Source: Gemmatimonadaceae bacterium (GTDB lineage: Bacteria > Gemmatimonadota > Gemmatimonadetes > Gemmatimonadales > Gemmatimonadaceae). From it: a DNA stretch of 64,000 nucleotides. A program made the translations under genes and the position numbers. How positions within the stretch are numbered: the stretch's first letter is position 1; every line of letters starts with the position of its first letter. Positions 1 to 9,529 of the stretch are shown here, piece after piece. The stretch spans positions 93,741-157,740 of the forward strand of contig JBHYGA010000007.1 in NCBI GenBank assembly GCA_051859245.1. Direction: 5' to 3'. Below the pieces are notes generated by a model. The model searched no databases. It was not told the DNA's origin and saw only the letters and a list, made by a program, of their open reading frames with translations.

Positions 1-404
1 AGCCCGCGAAACCGCGCAAAGTCACCGTCTGCCGAATACAGTTCCGCACCGTGTTCAATGGCGAGCGCGGCCAGGTGTGCGTCGGAACTCAGGTTGCCGG
101 CTGTGCCCGATTCGGTGAGTAGTGCTCGCAGAATGTCCCAGTGACGATCGCCCGGTACGACGAGCTCCACATTGGGATGCGCGAGCCATTCATGGATCAT
201 GGCCAACGCACGCTCCACCCCGAGCGGTCGGTCGAATACGCGGGCATTCGTGGTTAGCCGCAAGAAGCCGAGCACGACCGTCCATGACAGGCCGATCGTT
301 TCATCACCGTCGAGACTGTCTTCGAGCCACGCTTTGGCTACGTCGTGCCGTGGCGCGTCGCGGTTGATGGCGTACAGCAGCAGGTTCAGGTCAACGACGC
401 GCAC
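1..404 (-). CDS. vapC: PIN-domain (VapC, mycobacterial-type) toxin; 3' end runs off the window
   Basis: Not in the ORF track. Manual minus-strand translation from GTG at 404: VRVVDLNLLLYAINRD...GFLRLTTN...GNLSSDAHLAALAIEHGAELYSADGDFARFRG, with typical PIN acidic motifs. Starts 2 nt after the antitoxin stop. Confidence 0.92.
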   Translation of the reverse strand, partial: MRVVDLNLLLYAINRDAPRHDVAKAWLEDSLDGDETIGLSWTVVLGFLRLTTNARVFDRPLGVERALAMIHEWLAHPNVELVVPGDRHWDILRALLTESGTAGNLSSDAHLAALAIEHGAELYSADGDFARFRG

Positions 405-405
405 G

Positions 406-666
406 TTACTTTCGCAGCTGCAGGTCGCGCCGGTGCTCTTCGTCTTCGAGCGCGTCAGCGAGCTGCAGCGCGCGGTCCATATCCACGCGGGGTGCGCCGA
501 GTGAAACCGTGTCGACCTGATAAGCAGCCCGCGGTTCGGCAACGCGTGCGGCGAGGCCAGCCCGAAGCGCCGTGTTCAGGAGCGCTTTCACGGTCGTGCC
601 GCGGCGGACCGCTTCGAGGCGGAGCTGTTCGAGCAGAACGGGGTCGATATCAATGGTCGTCCTCAT
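406..666 (-). CDS. vapB: VapB-type antitoxin (RHH-like N-terminus)
   Basis: 86 aa, begins MRTTIDIDPVLLEQL; directly upstream of the PIN toxin. Confidence 0.88.
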   Translation of the reverse strand: MRTTIDIDPVLLEQLRLEAVRRGTTVKALLNTALRAGLAARVAEPRAAYQVDTVSLGAPRVDMDRALQLADALEDEEHRRDLQLRK

Positions 667-670
667 GAAA

Positions 671-708
671 TGATGCTAACGCATCAATGGTATGATTGCA
701 AGGCATCA
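671..708 (-). promoter_or_regulatory. vapBC promoter and autoregulatory operator
   Basis: Minus strand TTGCAA (701-696), 17 nt, TAGCAT (678-673). Palindrome TGATGC-N4-GCATCA at 671-686 and an imperfect copy at 693-708. Confidence 0.7.
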
Positions 709-877
709 CTCCTGCGCTCCTGAGGCCTCGTCTCCCTTACCGCCTCGGCTTGGCGCGCCTACGTTTGCTGCCACGTGCTGCGCCCCGGTTGAAATATCGG
801 GAAAAGAAGCCAGCGAGCATCACCATTTGAGCGCGGCTCCTGTCATTGCCACGCCGACCCGCCCCTTTGAACGCCAT

Positions 878-2203
878 ATGCGTCTCCAAAACCTGATCGC
901 TTCCGCGGCTGCCGCGCTGCTCATCCTCGCCGCGCCGCCAACGATGGCCGCTCAGCCGTCCGCCGCCGCCGTGCTGCTCCGCGACATCGAATCACGGTTG
1001 CCTGGCGTGATGCCCAAAGTCGTGGCCTGGAGACGCGACATTCACGAACATCCCGAACTTGGCAACGAAGAGGTGCGCACCGCCGCGCTGGTCGCGGCGC
1101 ATCTCACGTCGCTTGGGCTCGAGGTGCAAACGGGCGTTGGCAAAACCGGTGTGATTGGCATTCTGCGCGGCGGCAGACCTGGTCCTGTGGTTGCGCTTCG
1201 TGCCGACATGGACGCGCTGCCCGTCACGGAACTTGTCGACCTGCCGTTTCGCAGCCGTGTGCGTACGCAGTGGCAGGGCGCCGAAGTTGGTGTGATGCAC
1301 GCGTGTGGTCACGACAATCATGTTGCGATTCTCATGGGTGCCGCAGAAATACTCGTCGGCATGAAGGCCACGTTGCCCGGTACCGTCAAGTTCATTTTTC
1401 AACCCGCTGAAGAAGGACTTGGTGGAGCGAAAGCCATGATTGCCGACGGTGCGTTACGTGCACCGGTACCGAATGCCGTTTTTGGCATGCACGTGTGGCC
1501 AACCGCGGTTGGTTCAATTGGTGTGCGGGCCGGCCCGCAAATGGCGTCGGCGGGCAACTTCTCCATCATCGTGAAGGGACTGCAGACCCATGGTTCGCAG
1601 CCGTGGTCGGGTGTGGATCCTGTTGTGGTGTCGGCGCAGATCATTCTGGGTTTGCAGACGATTGCGAGTCGACAAGTGAACGTGGCGTACTTGCCGAGTG
1701 TGTTGACGGTGGGATCGATTCACGGCGGCAATCGCAGCAACATCATTCCCGACAGTGTGGTGCTCGTGGGTACACTGCGCACCTTTGACGACGCCATGCG
1801 CAGCGATATCGCGGCGCGCATCACGCGCACAGCCAAGGATATTGCAACGTCTGCGGGTGCGACGGCCATTGTGCAGATTGATGCGGGCGGACTCGTGCAA
1901 GCGAACGACACCTCGCTCACCGAGCGCATGCTGCCAACGCTGAAGCGGTCTGCGGGTGCAGGCGGATTTCAGTTGATCAATCCCATCATGGCTTCCGAAG
2001 ACTTTCCGGAGTTTACGCGCGACATTCCGGGTGTGTTCTTCTTTCTTGGCGTGACGCCAAAGGGGCAGGATCCCGCGAAAGCGCCGGCCAATCACTCGCC
2101 GTTGTTCTTTGCCGACGAAGCCGCCTTGGAAACGGGCGTGCGTGCAATGTCGGCGTTGGCGACCGACTATCTCAGCGCAACAGGTAGTGTAAGCGGTAGG
2201 TGA
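878..2203 (+). CDS. Secreted M20D-family amidohydrolase
   Basis: RRDIHEHPELG, ALRADMDALP, MHACGHD, FQPAEEG, SEDF; signal peptide from ATG 878. Confidence 0.92.
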   Translation: MRLQNLIASAAAALLILAAPPTMAAQPSAAAVLLRDIESRLPGVMPKVVAWRRDIHEHPELGNEEVRTAALVAAHLTSLGLEVQTGVGKTGVIGILRGGRPGPVVALRADMDALPVTELVDLPFRSRVRTQWQGAEVGVMHACGHDNHVAILMGAAEILVGMKATLPGTVKFIFQPAEEGLGGAKAMIADGALRAPVPNAVFGMHVWPTAVGSIGVRAGPQMASAGNFSIIVKGLQTHGSQPWSGVDPVVVSAQIILGLQTIASRQVNVAYLPSVLTVGSIHGGNRSNIIPDSVVLVGTLRTFDDAMRSDIAARITRTAKDIATSAGATAIVQIDAGGLVQANDTSLTERMLPTLKRSAGAGGFQLINPIMASEDFPEFTRDIPGVFFFLGVTPKGQDPAKAPANHSPLFFADEAALETGVRAMSALATDYLSATGSVSGR

Positions 2204-2250
2204 ACCGGTGTAGCGAACGTTGACGGCAACCGACTCCCTTACCAGACATT

Positions 2251-4164
2251 ATGTGCGGCATCAGCGGTATCGTAACGCGCGACGTGCAACAGCCTGTAGA
2301 TCGCGTGCTGCTGGAACACATGACCGACCTGCTCGAGCATCGCGGCCCTGACGGTCGCGGCTTTCATGTTGCGCCCGGTGTGGGGCTCGGCATACGCCGA
2401 CTCAGCATTGTTGATCTTGAGACCGGCGACCAGCCGATCAGCAATGAGACGGGCACCGTACATCTCGTGTGCAACGGCGAGATTTACAATGCACCCGAGT
2501 TGCGACAGGAGCTGCTCGCGCGCGGTCACACGCTCCGCGGACACTCCGACGTGGAAGTGATCGTGCACTTGTACGAGGAGCTCGGCCTCGGATTCCTGTC
2601 TCGATTGCGCGGCATGTTCGCCTTGGCGTTGTGGGACCACGCTGCGCGCACACTGCATCTGGCACGCGATCGCTTCGGCATGAAGCCGCTCTACTACGGG
2701 CAGGCGTCAAACGGCTCGCTGGTGTTTGGTTCGGAAATCAAGTCAGTGCTCGCATCAGGTGTGTTGCCACGCGCGCTCGATCCGGCGGGCTTGAGCGACA
2801 TTCTCGCAATTGGCGGACCGATGTTCACGCGCAGTGCGTTTCGCGGCGTGCATCAGCTCGAAGCGAGTCATTCGCTGTCCTTTCACGCGGGACATATCAC
2901 CACGACAAGGTATTGGGATCTGGACTTCAGTCGCGCGGCGCCGAGTGCGTTGCCGCGGTCTGAGGGTGAGTGGGCAGAAGCGATCGCAGCCAAGTTGCGC
3001 GAGTCGGTGCACATCCATTTGCGCGGTGACGTGCCGGTGGCGGCGTATTTGAGTCCCGGTATCGACTCCAGTATCGTCACCCGCTTTGCGACTGACGAGA
3101 TGACTGGTGTGATGCGTACGTTTTCGCTTGGCTTTACCGATCCGGCGTATGACGAACTGCGCACGCAACGCACACTCGATGCGTTTCCCGGTCAGCGTCT
3201 TTCGGGCGACCGCGTTGCGTATCACGGCACATTGCTGGACCATCTCCCGGCCGCGATCTGGCACGAAGAGCAGCCGGTCACGTTGCAGTACTCTTGGCAG
3301 GCACTCGGTGCGGCCATGAAGGGTGAATACAAGGTTGCGCTCACGGGTCAGGGGTCTGACGAAATGTTCGGCGGTTATCCGTGGCATCAGGTAGATCACA
3401 AGTTGAGGCACTTGTATGCGTTGCCGGGGCCAGTGCGTCGTGCCATGGCCAGGCATCTTCCGCGTATTTCGGGCAAGGCGAGGCGCGCACTCGCGGCGGA
3501 TCCGGTCATGACCATCAAGCGCTACTTTGCGCTCAGGAGTCCGCACTGGAATTCGCTCATGCCGCTGTTTCAACCGGCGTTGCGTGAGGAGATCGAACGC
3601 TCACAGCTCGAGCTGACGCTTCCGGGTGTGCCGGACGGATTCGAGCGTTGGGATCGCTTTCAGCGGTTCATTTACATCGAACAGCGCACGCGACTGCCGA
3701 GCTACATCAATCGCGGGCTCGACGCCTCAAGCATGGCACAGTCGATCGAACCACGATTGCCGTTTCTCGATCACGAGTTTGTGGAGTTGTGCTTGCACAT
3801 TCCTCCGGCGCTACGGTATCGGCGCATGGAGAAACACATGCTTCGGCGCGCGGCAGAGCCCTTTCTTCCAGCAGAGATTGTGTGGCGGAAAAAGCGTGGA
3901 CTGCAATCGCCGAGTGCTTCGTGGAGCGCAGAGCGTGGCACACCGCCGGCATTCGCACAGGAGTTGTTATCCGATGAGGTGGTGCGCGCAAAGGGCTACT
4001 TCCGTGCGGATGCGGTACGCGCGCTGCGCGACAAGCAGCCGCGCATTGGCGGGGCGCTCTCAGCCGTGCTGGGGTTTCATTTACTCGACGAGATGTTCGT
4101 GCAAGGGCGCGGGCAAATCGTGGAAGCGGTTAGCGAACGCTTCAGCTTCGGCACACTACGTTAA
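2251..4164 (+). CDS. asnB: Asparagine synthase (glutamine-hydrolysing) family amidotransferase
   Basis: MCGI N-terminal Ntn Cys, HRGPD, NGEIYN, RDRFGMKPLYY, LSPGIDSS, RLPFLD. Confidence 0.9.
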   Translation: MCGISGIVTRDVQQPVDRVLLEHMTDLLEHRGPDGRGFHVAPGVGLGIRRLSIVDLETGDQPISNETGTVHLVCNGEIYNAPELRQELLARGHTLRGHSDVEVIVHLYEELGLGFLSRLRGMFALALWDHAARTLHLARDRFGMKPLYYGQASNGSLVFGSEIKSVLASGVLPRALDPAGLSDILAIGGPMFTRSAFRGVHQLEASHSLSFHAGHITTTRYWDLDFSRAAPSALPRSEGEWAEAIAAKLRESVHIHLRGDVPVAAYLSPGIDSSIVTRFATDEMTGVMRTFSLGFTDPAYDELRTQRTLDAFPGQRLSGDRVAYHGTLLDHLPAAIWHEEQPVTLQYSWQALGAAMKGEYKVALTGQGSDEMFGGYPWHQVDHKLRHLYALPGPVRRAMARHLPRISGKARRALAADPVMTIKRYFALRSPHWNSLMPLFQPALREEIERSQLELTLPGVPDGFERWDRFQRFIYIEQRTRLPSYINRGLDASSMAQSIEPRLPFLDHEFVELCLHIPPALRYRRMEKHMLRRAAEPFLPAEIVWRKKRGLQSPSASWSAERGTPPAFAQELLSDEVVRAKGYFRADAVRALRDKQPRIGGALSAVLGFHLLDEMFVQGRGQIVEAVSERFSFGTLR

Positions 4165-4495
4165 CTGTCACGCGCGTTGACGAGCGATCAAGGCGCACCG
4201 GACTACCCGACATAGTTTGCGCGCGAAACGCCCACGGCCGCCCGCCTACGCGAGGCGGCAGCGCGAGCTCAGCGCGTGAACTGACTGTACCCAGCGACAT
4301 GCCGGCGCCGCCCACGATCAAGACTTCAACCGGTGCGCCGGAATTGTTCTGAACGACTACGGCTTCCGTACCGGCGCATGGCCCAGGCGTCGCGGCGGCT
4401 TTGGGCGTGCTCGCGCACGCGGTGAGTCCGAGTAGTACGGCAACGCTGGTGAGCGTGTTGTACGGCCAGCGGCGAGGGCTGCGGGTGGTCGACAT
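4142..4495 (-). CDS. Small hypothetical lipoprotein
   Basis: Hydrophobic stretch ending in lipobox LTAC; overlaps the asnB 3' end convergently. Confidence 0.65.
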   Translation of the reverse strand: MSTTRSPRRWPYNTLTSVAVLLGLTACASTPKAAATPGPCAGTEAVVVQNNSGAPVEVLIVGGAGMSLGTVSSRAELALPPRVGGRPWAFRAQTMSGSPVRLDRSSTRVTVNVVCRS

Positions 4496-4683
4496 GGTGA
4501 CGGCAGGAAGAGGTGGGGTATAGCGCAGCGGGGCACATGCTTCCGCGACCGACGCTGTGCTTTACCCCGCTGGCGACCAAGGGTTCTGGCTGTAGGTTTC
4601 ACGCCACCTCCTACCCTGCTTATGTCGAACGCGACAATCGTGCACACCTTTCAACCAGCGCCCACCGCGTCCTCGTGGTGCCA

Positions 4684-5331
4684 GTGACCACCGCCATCGT
4701 GCTCGGCGCGTCAGGGCTTGTTGGGTCTGAGCTCGTCAAGCTGCTGCGTGCGTCACCGCACTATCGCCACGTGTTGCTGCTCAGCAGGCGCTCCTCGGCG
4801 GCAACGAACGACAAAGTGGTGGAGCGCATCATCGATTTTGACGCGCCGGATCTTTCCGGGATCACCGAGGGACATGTGTTCTGCGCCCTTGGCACCACAT
4901 TGCGACAAGCCGGATCAGAAGCGGCGCAGTTTCGCATTGACTGTGAGTATCCGACCGCGATTGCCACCCAACTCAGGGCGCAGGGTGTGCAGCGCATGAT
5001 TCTCGTGTCATCGGTTGGTGCGAGTGCAACAGCCGGAAACTTCTACTTACGCACGAAGGGGCAGCTGGAAGACAACATCATGGCGCTGGGATTTGAGAGC
5101 ACGTCGATTCTCCGACCGTCGTTGCTGGTGGGGCCGCGCAAAGAGTTTCGCGCGGGTGAGAGAGCTGCGTCACTGCTCATGACAGTGGCGAATCCGTTTC
5201 TGCTCGGCTCGCTACGCAAGTATCACAGCGTTGATGCGCGTATGGTTGCGGCGAGTATGGTGAGGTTGGCGGAAGCGGGGGCGGCGGGCGTGCGAATTGT
5301 TGAGTATGAGGGAATGCGCGAGTTGGTGTGA
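4684..5331 (+). CDS. Atypical SDR / NAD(P)H-binding protein (YraR/TIP30-like)
   Basis: GASGLVG, FCALGTT, SSVGA..NFYLRTKG, RPSLLVG; GTG start at 4684 inferred. Confidence 0.85.
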   Translation: MTTAIVLGASGLVGSELVKLLRASPHYRHVLLLSRRSSAATNDKVVERIIDFDAPDLSGITEGHVFCALGTTLRQAGSEAAQFRIDCEYPTAIATQLRAQGVQRMILVSSVGASATAGNFYLRTKGQLEDNIMALGFESTSILRPSLLVGPRKEFRAGERAASLLMTVANPFLLGSLRKYHSVDARMVAASMVRLAEAGAAGVRIVEYEGMRELV

Positions 5332-5483
5332 TCGCTGACTGCAGCGTCCACGCTGGAGTAATCGCGTACTCCGCAGCACGCCATACATCCAAAGTCAGAT
5401 GCGAAGCGCTGTCTCCTTTGCCAGAGTGCAGCGCGCACTTCGGCGCACAAGCAACCGTTGCAGACTGGCCGAGGAGATTTCAC

Positions 5484-5639
5484 ATGTCGTTACAGCTACG
5501 ACTCGAGGCAGACGAATCGCTGGCATACACCAAAGTGGGGAGCGTGCCGGCGGTGGTGCTCGTCCACGGCATTAGTCGTCGCTTCTTTTCTCGACCGTTG
5601 AGCCGCACACGCTCAATCATGCTCGATATTACGGAGTGA
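5484..5639 (+). pseudogene. Remnant N-terminus of an alpha/beta hydrolase
   Basis: RBS GAGGAG then MSLQLRLEADESLAYTKVGSVPAVVLVHG; hydrolase-like sequence stops right after HG. Confidence 0.55.
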
Positions 5640-5642
5640 ACC

Positions 5643-6230
5643 ATGAGCACGTCTGAGCGACACGCAAATATCTATGCCAATGCCGTAACAGGGGCCACGC
5701 CGAACCCGTTAATGCCAACGCCAGACGCGATTGATGAGGCGTTCGCGGACGGTGCAAACCGGGTGCTGTCCAATGCCGTAGAGCTGGCACGCGACCTTAT
5801 CGGCGCGCACCAGGGAGCGGCTGCGGTCATGGTGAATCGTGATTGGGGTACGATCAGAAAATTCTTTTCACTGTCAGCCAAATACGCTGCGTGGTCCGAG
5901 TACTCAACGCCGGCGACGGGAGTGGGCACCCACGCCTGGCTCATGGAGCAAACGGCGTGCGTGCGGTTCACGCAGGCTGAGCTTGAACAGCATCCCCATT
6001 GGCTGAACTTCGGTACGGAAGCGGGCAAGCATCCACCGATGCGTGGGTGGCTTGCGGTACCGATTCGCGATCGCGCCGGAATCACCTGGGGATTGCTGCA
6101 GCTATCCGACCGCTACGAGGGAGATTTCACCGAGGACGACGAACAAAGATTTACTGCCTTCGCTGCACTGGTGGCGGAAGCACTCGAAGCATTGTGGGAG
6201 CTGCGAAACCTGCGGAAGCAGACAACGTGA
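5643..6230 (+). CDS. Stand-alone GAF-domain protein
   Basis: HPPMRGWLAVPIRDR..WGLLQLSD..FTEDDE GAF pattern; RBS GGAG. Confidence 0.8.
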   Translation: MSTSERHANIYANAVTGATPNPLMPTPDAIDEAFADGANRVLSNAVELARDLIGAHQGAAAVMVNRDWGTIRKFFSLSAKYAAWSEYSTPATGVGTHAWLMEQTACVRFTQAELEQHPHWLNFGTEAGKHPPMRGWLAVPIRDRAGITWGLLQLSDRYEGDFTEDDEQRFTAFAALVAEALEALWELRNLRKQTT

Positions 6231-6254
6231 TTGTCACCGAGAGTAATGCGAGGA

Positions 6255-6980
6255 CTAGAGAGACACTTCTCTGGTCGTCCCCGCATGCAGATCCGTCAGC
6301 AGCACGCGACGCGTTACCGAAAACGAGCCCATGTCAGCGTCGCCATTGATCAGAATGCCACCAAAGCGCAGCAGCCAGCGCGATGGGAACCTGGTGCGTT
6401 CCACCAACAGATCGACGCGTGCGGCGATGGCTTCGCCGATGACCTCTGTGGCTTCCTTGAGCGGTTCGGTCGAGTTCAAAACACGTGCTGCCGACTGCAA
6501 CAGCAGTTGCTCAATTGTTGCTTGCTGGTAATCGAGCTCCGACGGCGCTTCCTCGCGCAGCGACCCCGACTGCAGCTTGGCCAACGCCGCCCGCGCTGCG
6601 CCACAGCATCCCGATAGTGTCTGCTGCCCCGGTCGTCGGATCACACCAAGTGATCCGTCACGCGACACACCGATGTGCGGTGCATGATAGATCACAATGC
6701 CACCGTCGTCGGGCACGTGGGCAGCAAAGGCAGCCATGCCCGTGAGTCCTGCATGCGGAAATCCGTCCAGTCCGCCCAGGCGAAACGGTCCCAACATGAC
6801 CTGGGCGCGCTTGGGGTATTCGAAGGCGTTGACATCATCACTGCAAATGGAATCGGCGAGCAACACGCGCTCCGCAGGCAACCCGCACTCGCGCTGCAAC
6901 AGGTCCAGTACGTTGTGCACGGCGTCGTCGGTTGGAACGGCTGTCGGATAGTGTTGCCGAACGGCGTCGAGAGCATTCAT
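6255..6980 (-). CDS. LCIB/LCIC-like (theta-type, beta-CA fold) carbonic anhydrase
   Basis: SICSDD, F.LGGL.GFP.AG.TG..AF.AHVP, APHIG, RRPGQ...CCGA; Cys/His/Cys zinc-ligand pattern of the LCIB family. Confidence 0.85.
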   Translation of the reverse strand: MNALDAVRQHYPTAVPTDDAVHNVLDLLQRECGLPAERVLLADSICSDDVNAFEYPKRAQVMLGPFRLGGLDGFPHAGLTGMAAFAAHVPDDGGIVIYHAPHIGVSRDGSLGVIRRPGQQTLSGCCGAARAALAKLQSGSLREEAPSELDYQQATIEQLLLQSAARVLNSTEPLKEATEVIGEAIAARVDLLVERTRFPSRWLLRFGGILINGDADMGSFSVTRRVLLTDLHAGTTREVSL

Positions 6981-7031
6981 GTGGCGAACCCGCAGAAGTG
7001 AAAAGTGAACATCGGCCCTGCTACGTCTTGG

Positions 7032-8033
7032 TTACATGAGAACGTCATGAACGGGAGTCAGCGGCGGCGGAATGAGTTCTTCGCCGAGCATTTGTCGTAG
7101 ATCGATTTCTATGGTGCGACTGAGCGCGGTAATGGGCACGTCATTCGCGCTTCCTTCAAACGGGTTCTCGGTGCTTTCTCCCACCTTCTCCAGCGCCAGG
7201 AAGAGCCACGTGACCAGCACGCTGAACGGAATGGTGAGCCACACGCCACCGTGATCGAGCTTCCGAAATTCCTGCAGCATGCCAAAGGGCACGAGCCACA
7301 CGAAGAGTCGGATAAACCAGTAGTTCAGCGTGGCGAACTGACGTGGATACGGAAAGTTCTTGATGCGTTCGCAGCGACCTTGCAGATCGAGCAGCTCGGC
7401 GATCTGTCTTGCGAGCGCCACGTGTTGGTACGTGTCAATCGCCGCTGCCGACGACAGCTGTTTCAATCGATCCGATTGTATTGACATGAGCGCCGTGGCG
7501 CGGTTTGCCTGCGACAAGACAAACGCAGCCTCCGCTTCACCGAGCAGGTTGGTTAGCGCCTGGGCGAGCGCACCGTCATGTTCCGACACGGTAAATCGCG
7601 TCTGCTGAAAGCGGCGATTGTCCGCACGATCAAAGTTTTCCCAGCTGCGGCGCTCGCGCAGTTGGTAACGAAGCGCGGTAAGCCACGCGACATGCCGATA
7701 GATCAATGTCTGCGGCGAATCGGTGATCGCTGGTTTGCGATAGTCCACCAGATCACGCGCCATGATCCCCCACGCGCGACTGGCATTGACAATGCCACCC
7801 CAGATTTGCCGAGCCTCCCACAGGCGCGCGTACGTCGCATTGTTGCGGAAACCCACCGTGAATGCAGACGCGGTACCCAGCATCGCCACAGGAACCCACG
7901 GTATCTCCACCCAGCTCCATCCGAGGCCAACCGAAAGAGCCATCGGGACAAACGCAACCACCAGCATGTACAGCGACTCGTTCCTGGTCCACAGGAGCAC
8001 ATCACGCACGCGATAGAGGCGACCTGCATACAT
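7032..8033 (-). CDS. Bacterial bestrophin-family (YneE/UPF0187) ion channel
   Basis: GFRNNATYARLWEAR.IWG.IVN.SR, GRCERIKNFP.P, ENPFE..ANDVP; four hydrophobic segments; ATG at 8033 preferred. Confidence 0.9.
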   Translation of the reverse strand: MYAGRLYRVRDVLLWTRNESLYMLVVAFVPMALSVGLGWSWVEIPWVPVAMLGTASAFTVGFRNNATYARLWEARQIWGGIVNASRAWGIMARDLVDYRKPAITDSPQTLIYRHVAWLTALRYQLRERRSWENFDRADNRRFQQTRFTVSEHDGALAQALTNLLGEAEAAFVLSQANRATALMSIQSDRLKQLSSAAAIDTYQHVALARQIAELLDLQGRCERIKNFPYPRQFATLNYWFIRLFVWLVPFGMLQEFRKLDHGGVWLTIPFSVLVTWLFLALEKVGESTENPFEGSANDVPITALSRTIEIDLRQMLGEELIPPPLTPVHDVLM

Positions 8034-8247
8034 GAAGTGTCCCGGTCTGGTAAACACGCAACTTCGCGACGCGCATAGTCTGCTCGCTCACGTGCATATG
8101 TGCGTCGCACCAGTGGACGGTGCGAACTATGACGTAGGTGATATGCGCCTATTTCTCACGCGCTGTATATCCAACGACAGACGCGCAATCGCTGATGTAT
8201 CTGTATGCTCAGCGTGGTATCGCACCCGGTAATCACTCGAGGACGCC

Positions 8248-9075
8248 ATGCTGCATCGATGGGTTCTGCCCGCCATCCTTCTGGGAACAGCACCGCTGCC
8301 AGCGCAGCGCGCCGAGCCGAACGTGGTCACGATCGAGGTCGCGGATTACGCGTTCCTTCGGTTGCCGCCGACCATTCCTGCGGGTTTGACGACCATACGA
8401 CTGGTCAACAAGGGCAAGACGTTGCATCACCTGCAACTGAACCGACTTCGCGATGGCAAGAGTGTCACCGAGATGATCAAGGACTTCACGCCTGGCGCGC
8501 CGCTTCCTGCATATATGTCCGGGAGCGGTGGGCCGTCAGCCGCGTGGTCCGGACAAACGATTGAAGCGACGATGATGCTCGAGCCAGAAACCTACGGCGT
8601 CATCTGCTGGGTTCCGGCCGCTGATCATCAGTTGCATTTGCAGAAAGGTATGCTGGGACAGATCACGGTCACGCCAAACAAAGCAGTTGCCCCAGCACCG
8701 GAACTGCCGAAGGCCGATGTGACGGTCACGGCGTTCGATTTCAACTACACGATGGACAAACCCATTACGGCGGGCCGACGAACCGTTCGTTTTGTGAATC
8801 GTGGGCCACAGCACCATGAGTTCGTGTTGTTGCGACTGGCCAAGGGCAAAACAGTACGGGACGCGAGTGCGTGGGCCGAGCGTGGCCAAACCGGTGAGCT
8901 TCCGGGCGTAATGCTCAGCGGTGTTGCCGCGATTGCGACAGGCTCCGCCGCAAACGTGACCAACTCGTTCGAACCCGGCGAGTATGCCATCCTGTGTTTT
9001 GTGCCGAGTAACAGCGACAAAAAAGGACTGCCACATGTGCACTATGGCATGATGAAGCAGTTCACCGTGCAATAG
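8248..9075 (+). CDS. Secreted tandem cupredoxin-like protein
   Basis: Signal peptide; two repeats each with N.G...H and C(W/F)VP...H....M type-1 copper-like motifs. Confidence 0.75.
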   Translation: MLHRWVLPAILLGTAPLPAQRAEPNVVTIEVADYAFLRLPPTIPAGLTTIRLVNKGKTLHHLQLNRLRDGKSVTEMIKDFTPGAPLPAYMSGSGGPSAAWSGQTIEATMMLEPETYGVICWVPAADHQLHLQKGMLGQITVTPNKAVAPAPELPKADVTVTAFDFNYTMDKPITAGRRTVRFVNRGPQHHEFVLLRLAKGKTVRDASAWAERGQTGELPGVMLSGVAAIATGSAANVTNSFEPGEYAILCFVPSNSDKKGLPHVHYGMMKQFTVQ

Positions 9076-9112
9076 ATCGTAGTCAGATCATTCACAGTTC
9101 TCCGAGCAACGC

Positions 9113-9505
9113 ATGCCAACAGCAGTTGAAATTGCGCAACGGTACATCGAACACACCTACGCGGGGCGCATCGCTGACGCGTCTGCTCTCCTCACTGACA
9201 ACGTGCAGTTGGTCATGGGAGGCGGCGGCGCGATGGTTGGTCTTTATGAAGGCAGAGACGCGTACTTCGCCGCATTCGGCCGCATGATGTCGTTAACGAA
9301 TGGCACGTATCGCACGGTTGGTGATACTCGGTGGGTTGATGGTGGTGATATGGCCATTGCCTTCGCCAAGGAACAGGTAACGCGCAATGGCACGATTATT
9401 GAGCTCGATCGTGTGATCACATTCGAGTTGCATGGCGCGCTGATTCGCCGTGTGCGTGTGTACGAGGGCGATCCGGCCGCCGCAGACAGTGCTTTCGCTG
9501 CCTGA
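9113..9505 (+). CDS. SnoaL/NTF2-like protein
   Basis: 130 aa; G.Y.GRDA.F..F pattern typical of the NTF2-like fold. Confidence 0.7.
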   Translation: MPTAVEIAQRYIEHTYAGRIADASALLTDNVQLVMGGGGAMVGLYEGRDAYFAAFGRMMSLTNGTYRTVGDTRWVDGGDMAIAFAKEQVTRNGTIIELDRVITFELHGALIRRVRVYEGDPAAADSAFAA

Positions 9506-9529
9506 GGTTCAGCACGCCAAACGACCGGG

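Noticed and set aside
2251..4164. AsnB as a lasso-peptide cyclase
   Set aside because: It has an intact Ntn glutaminase domain, and no B-protein, RRE or precursor is nearby.
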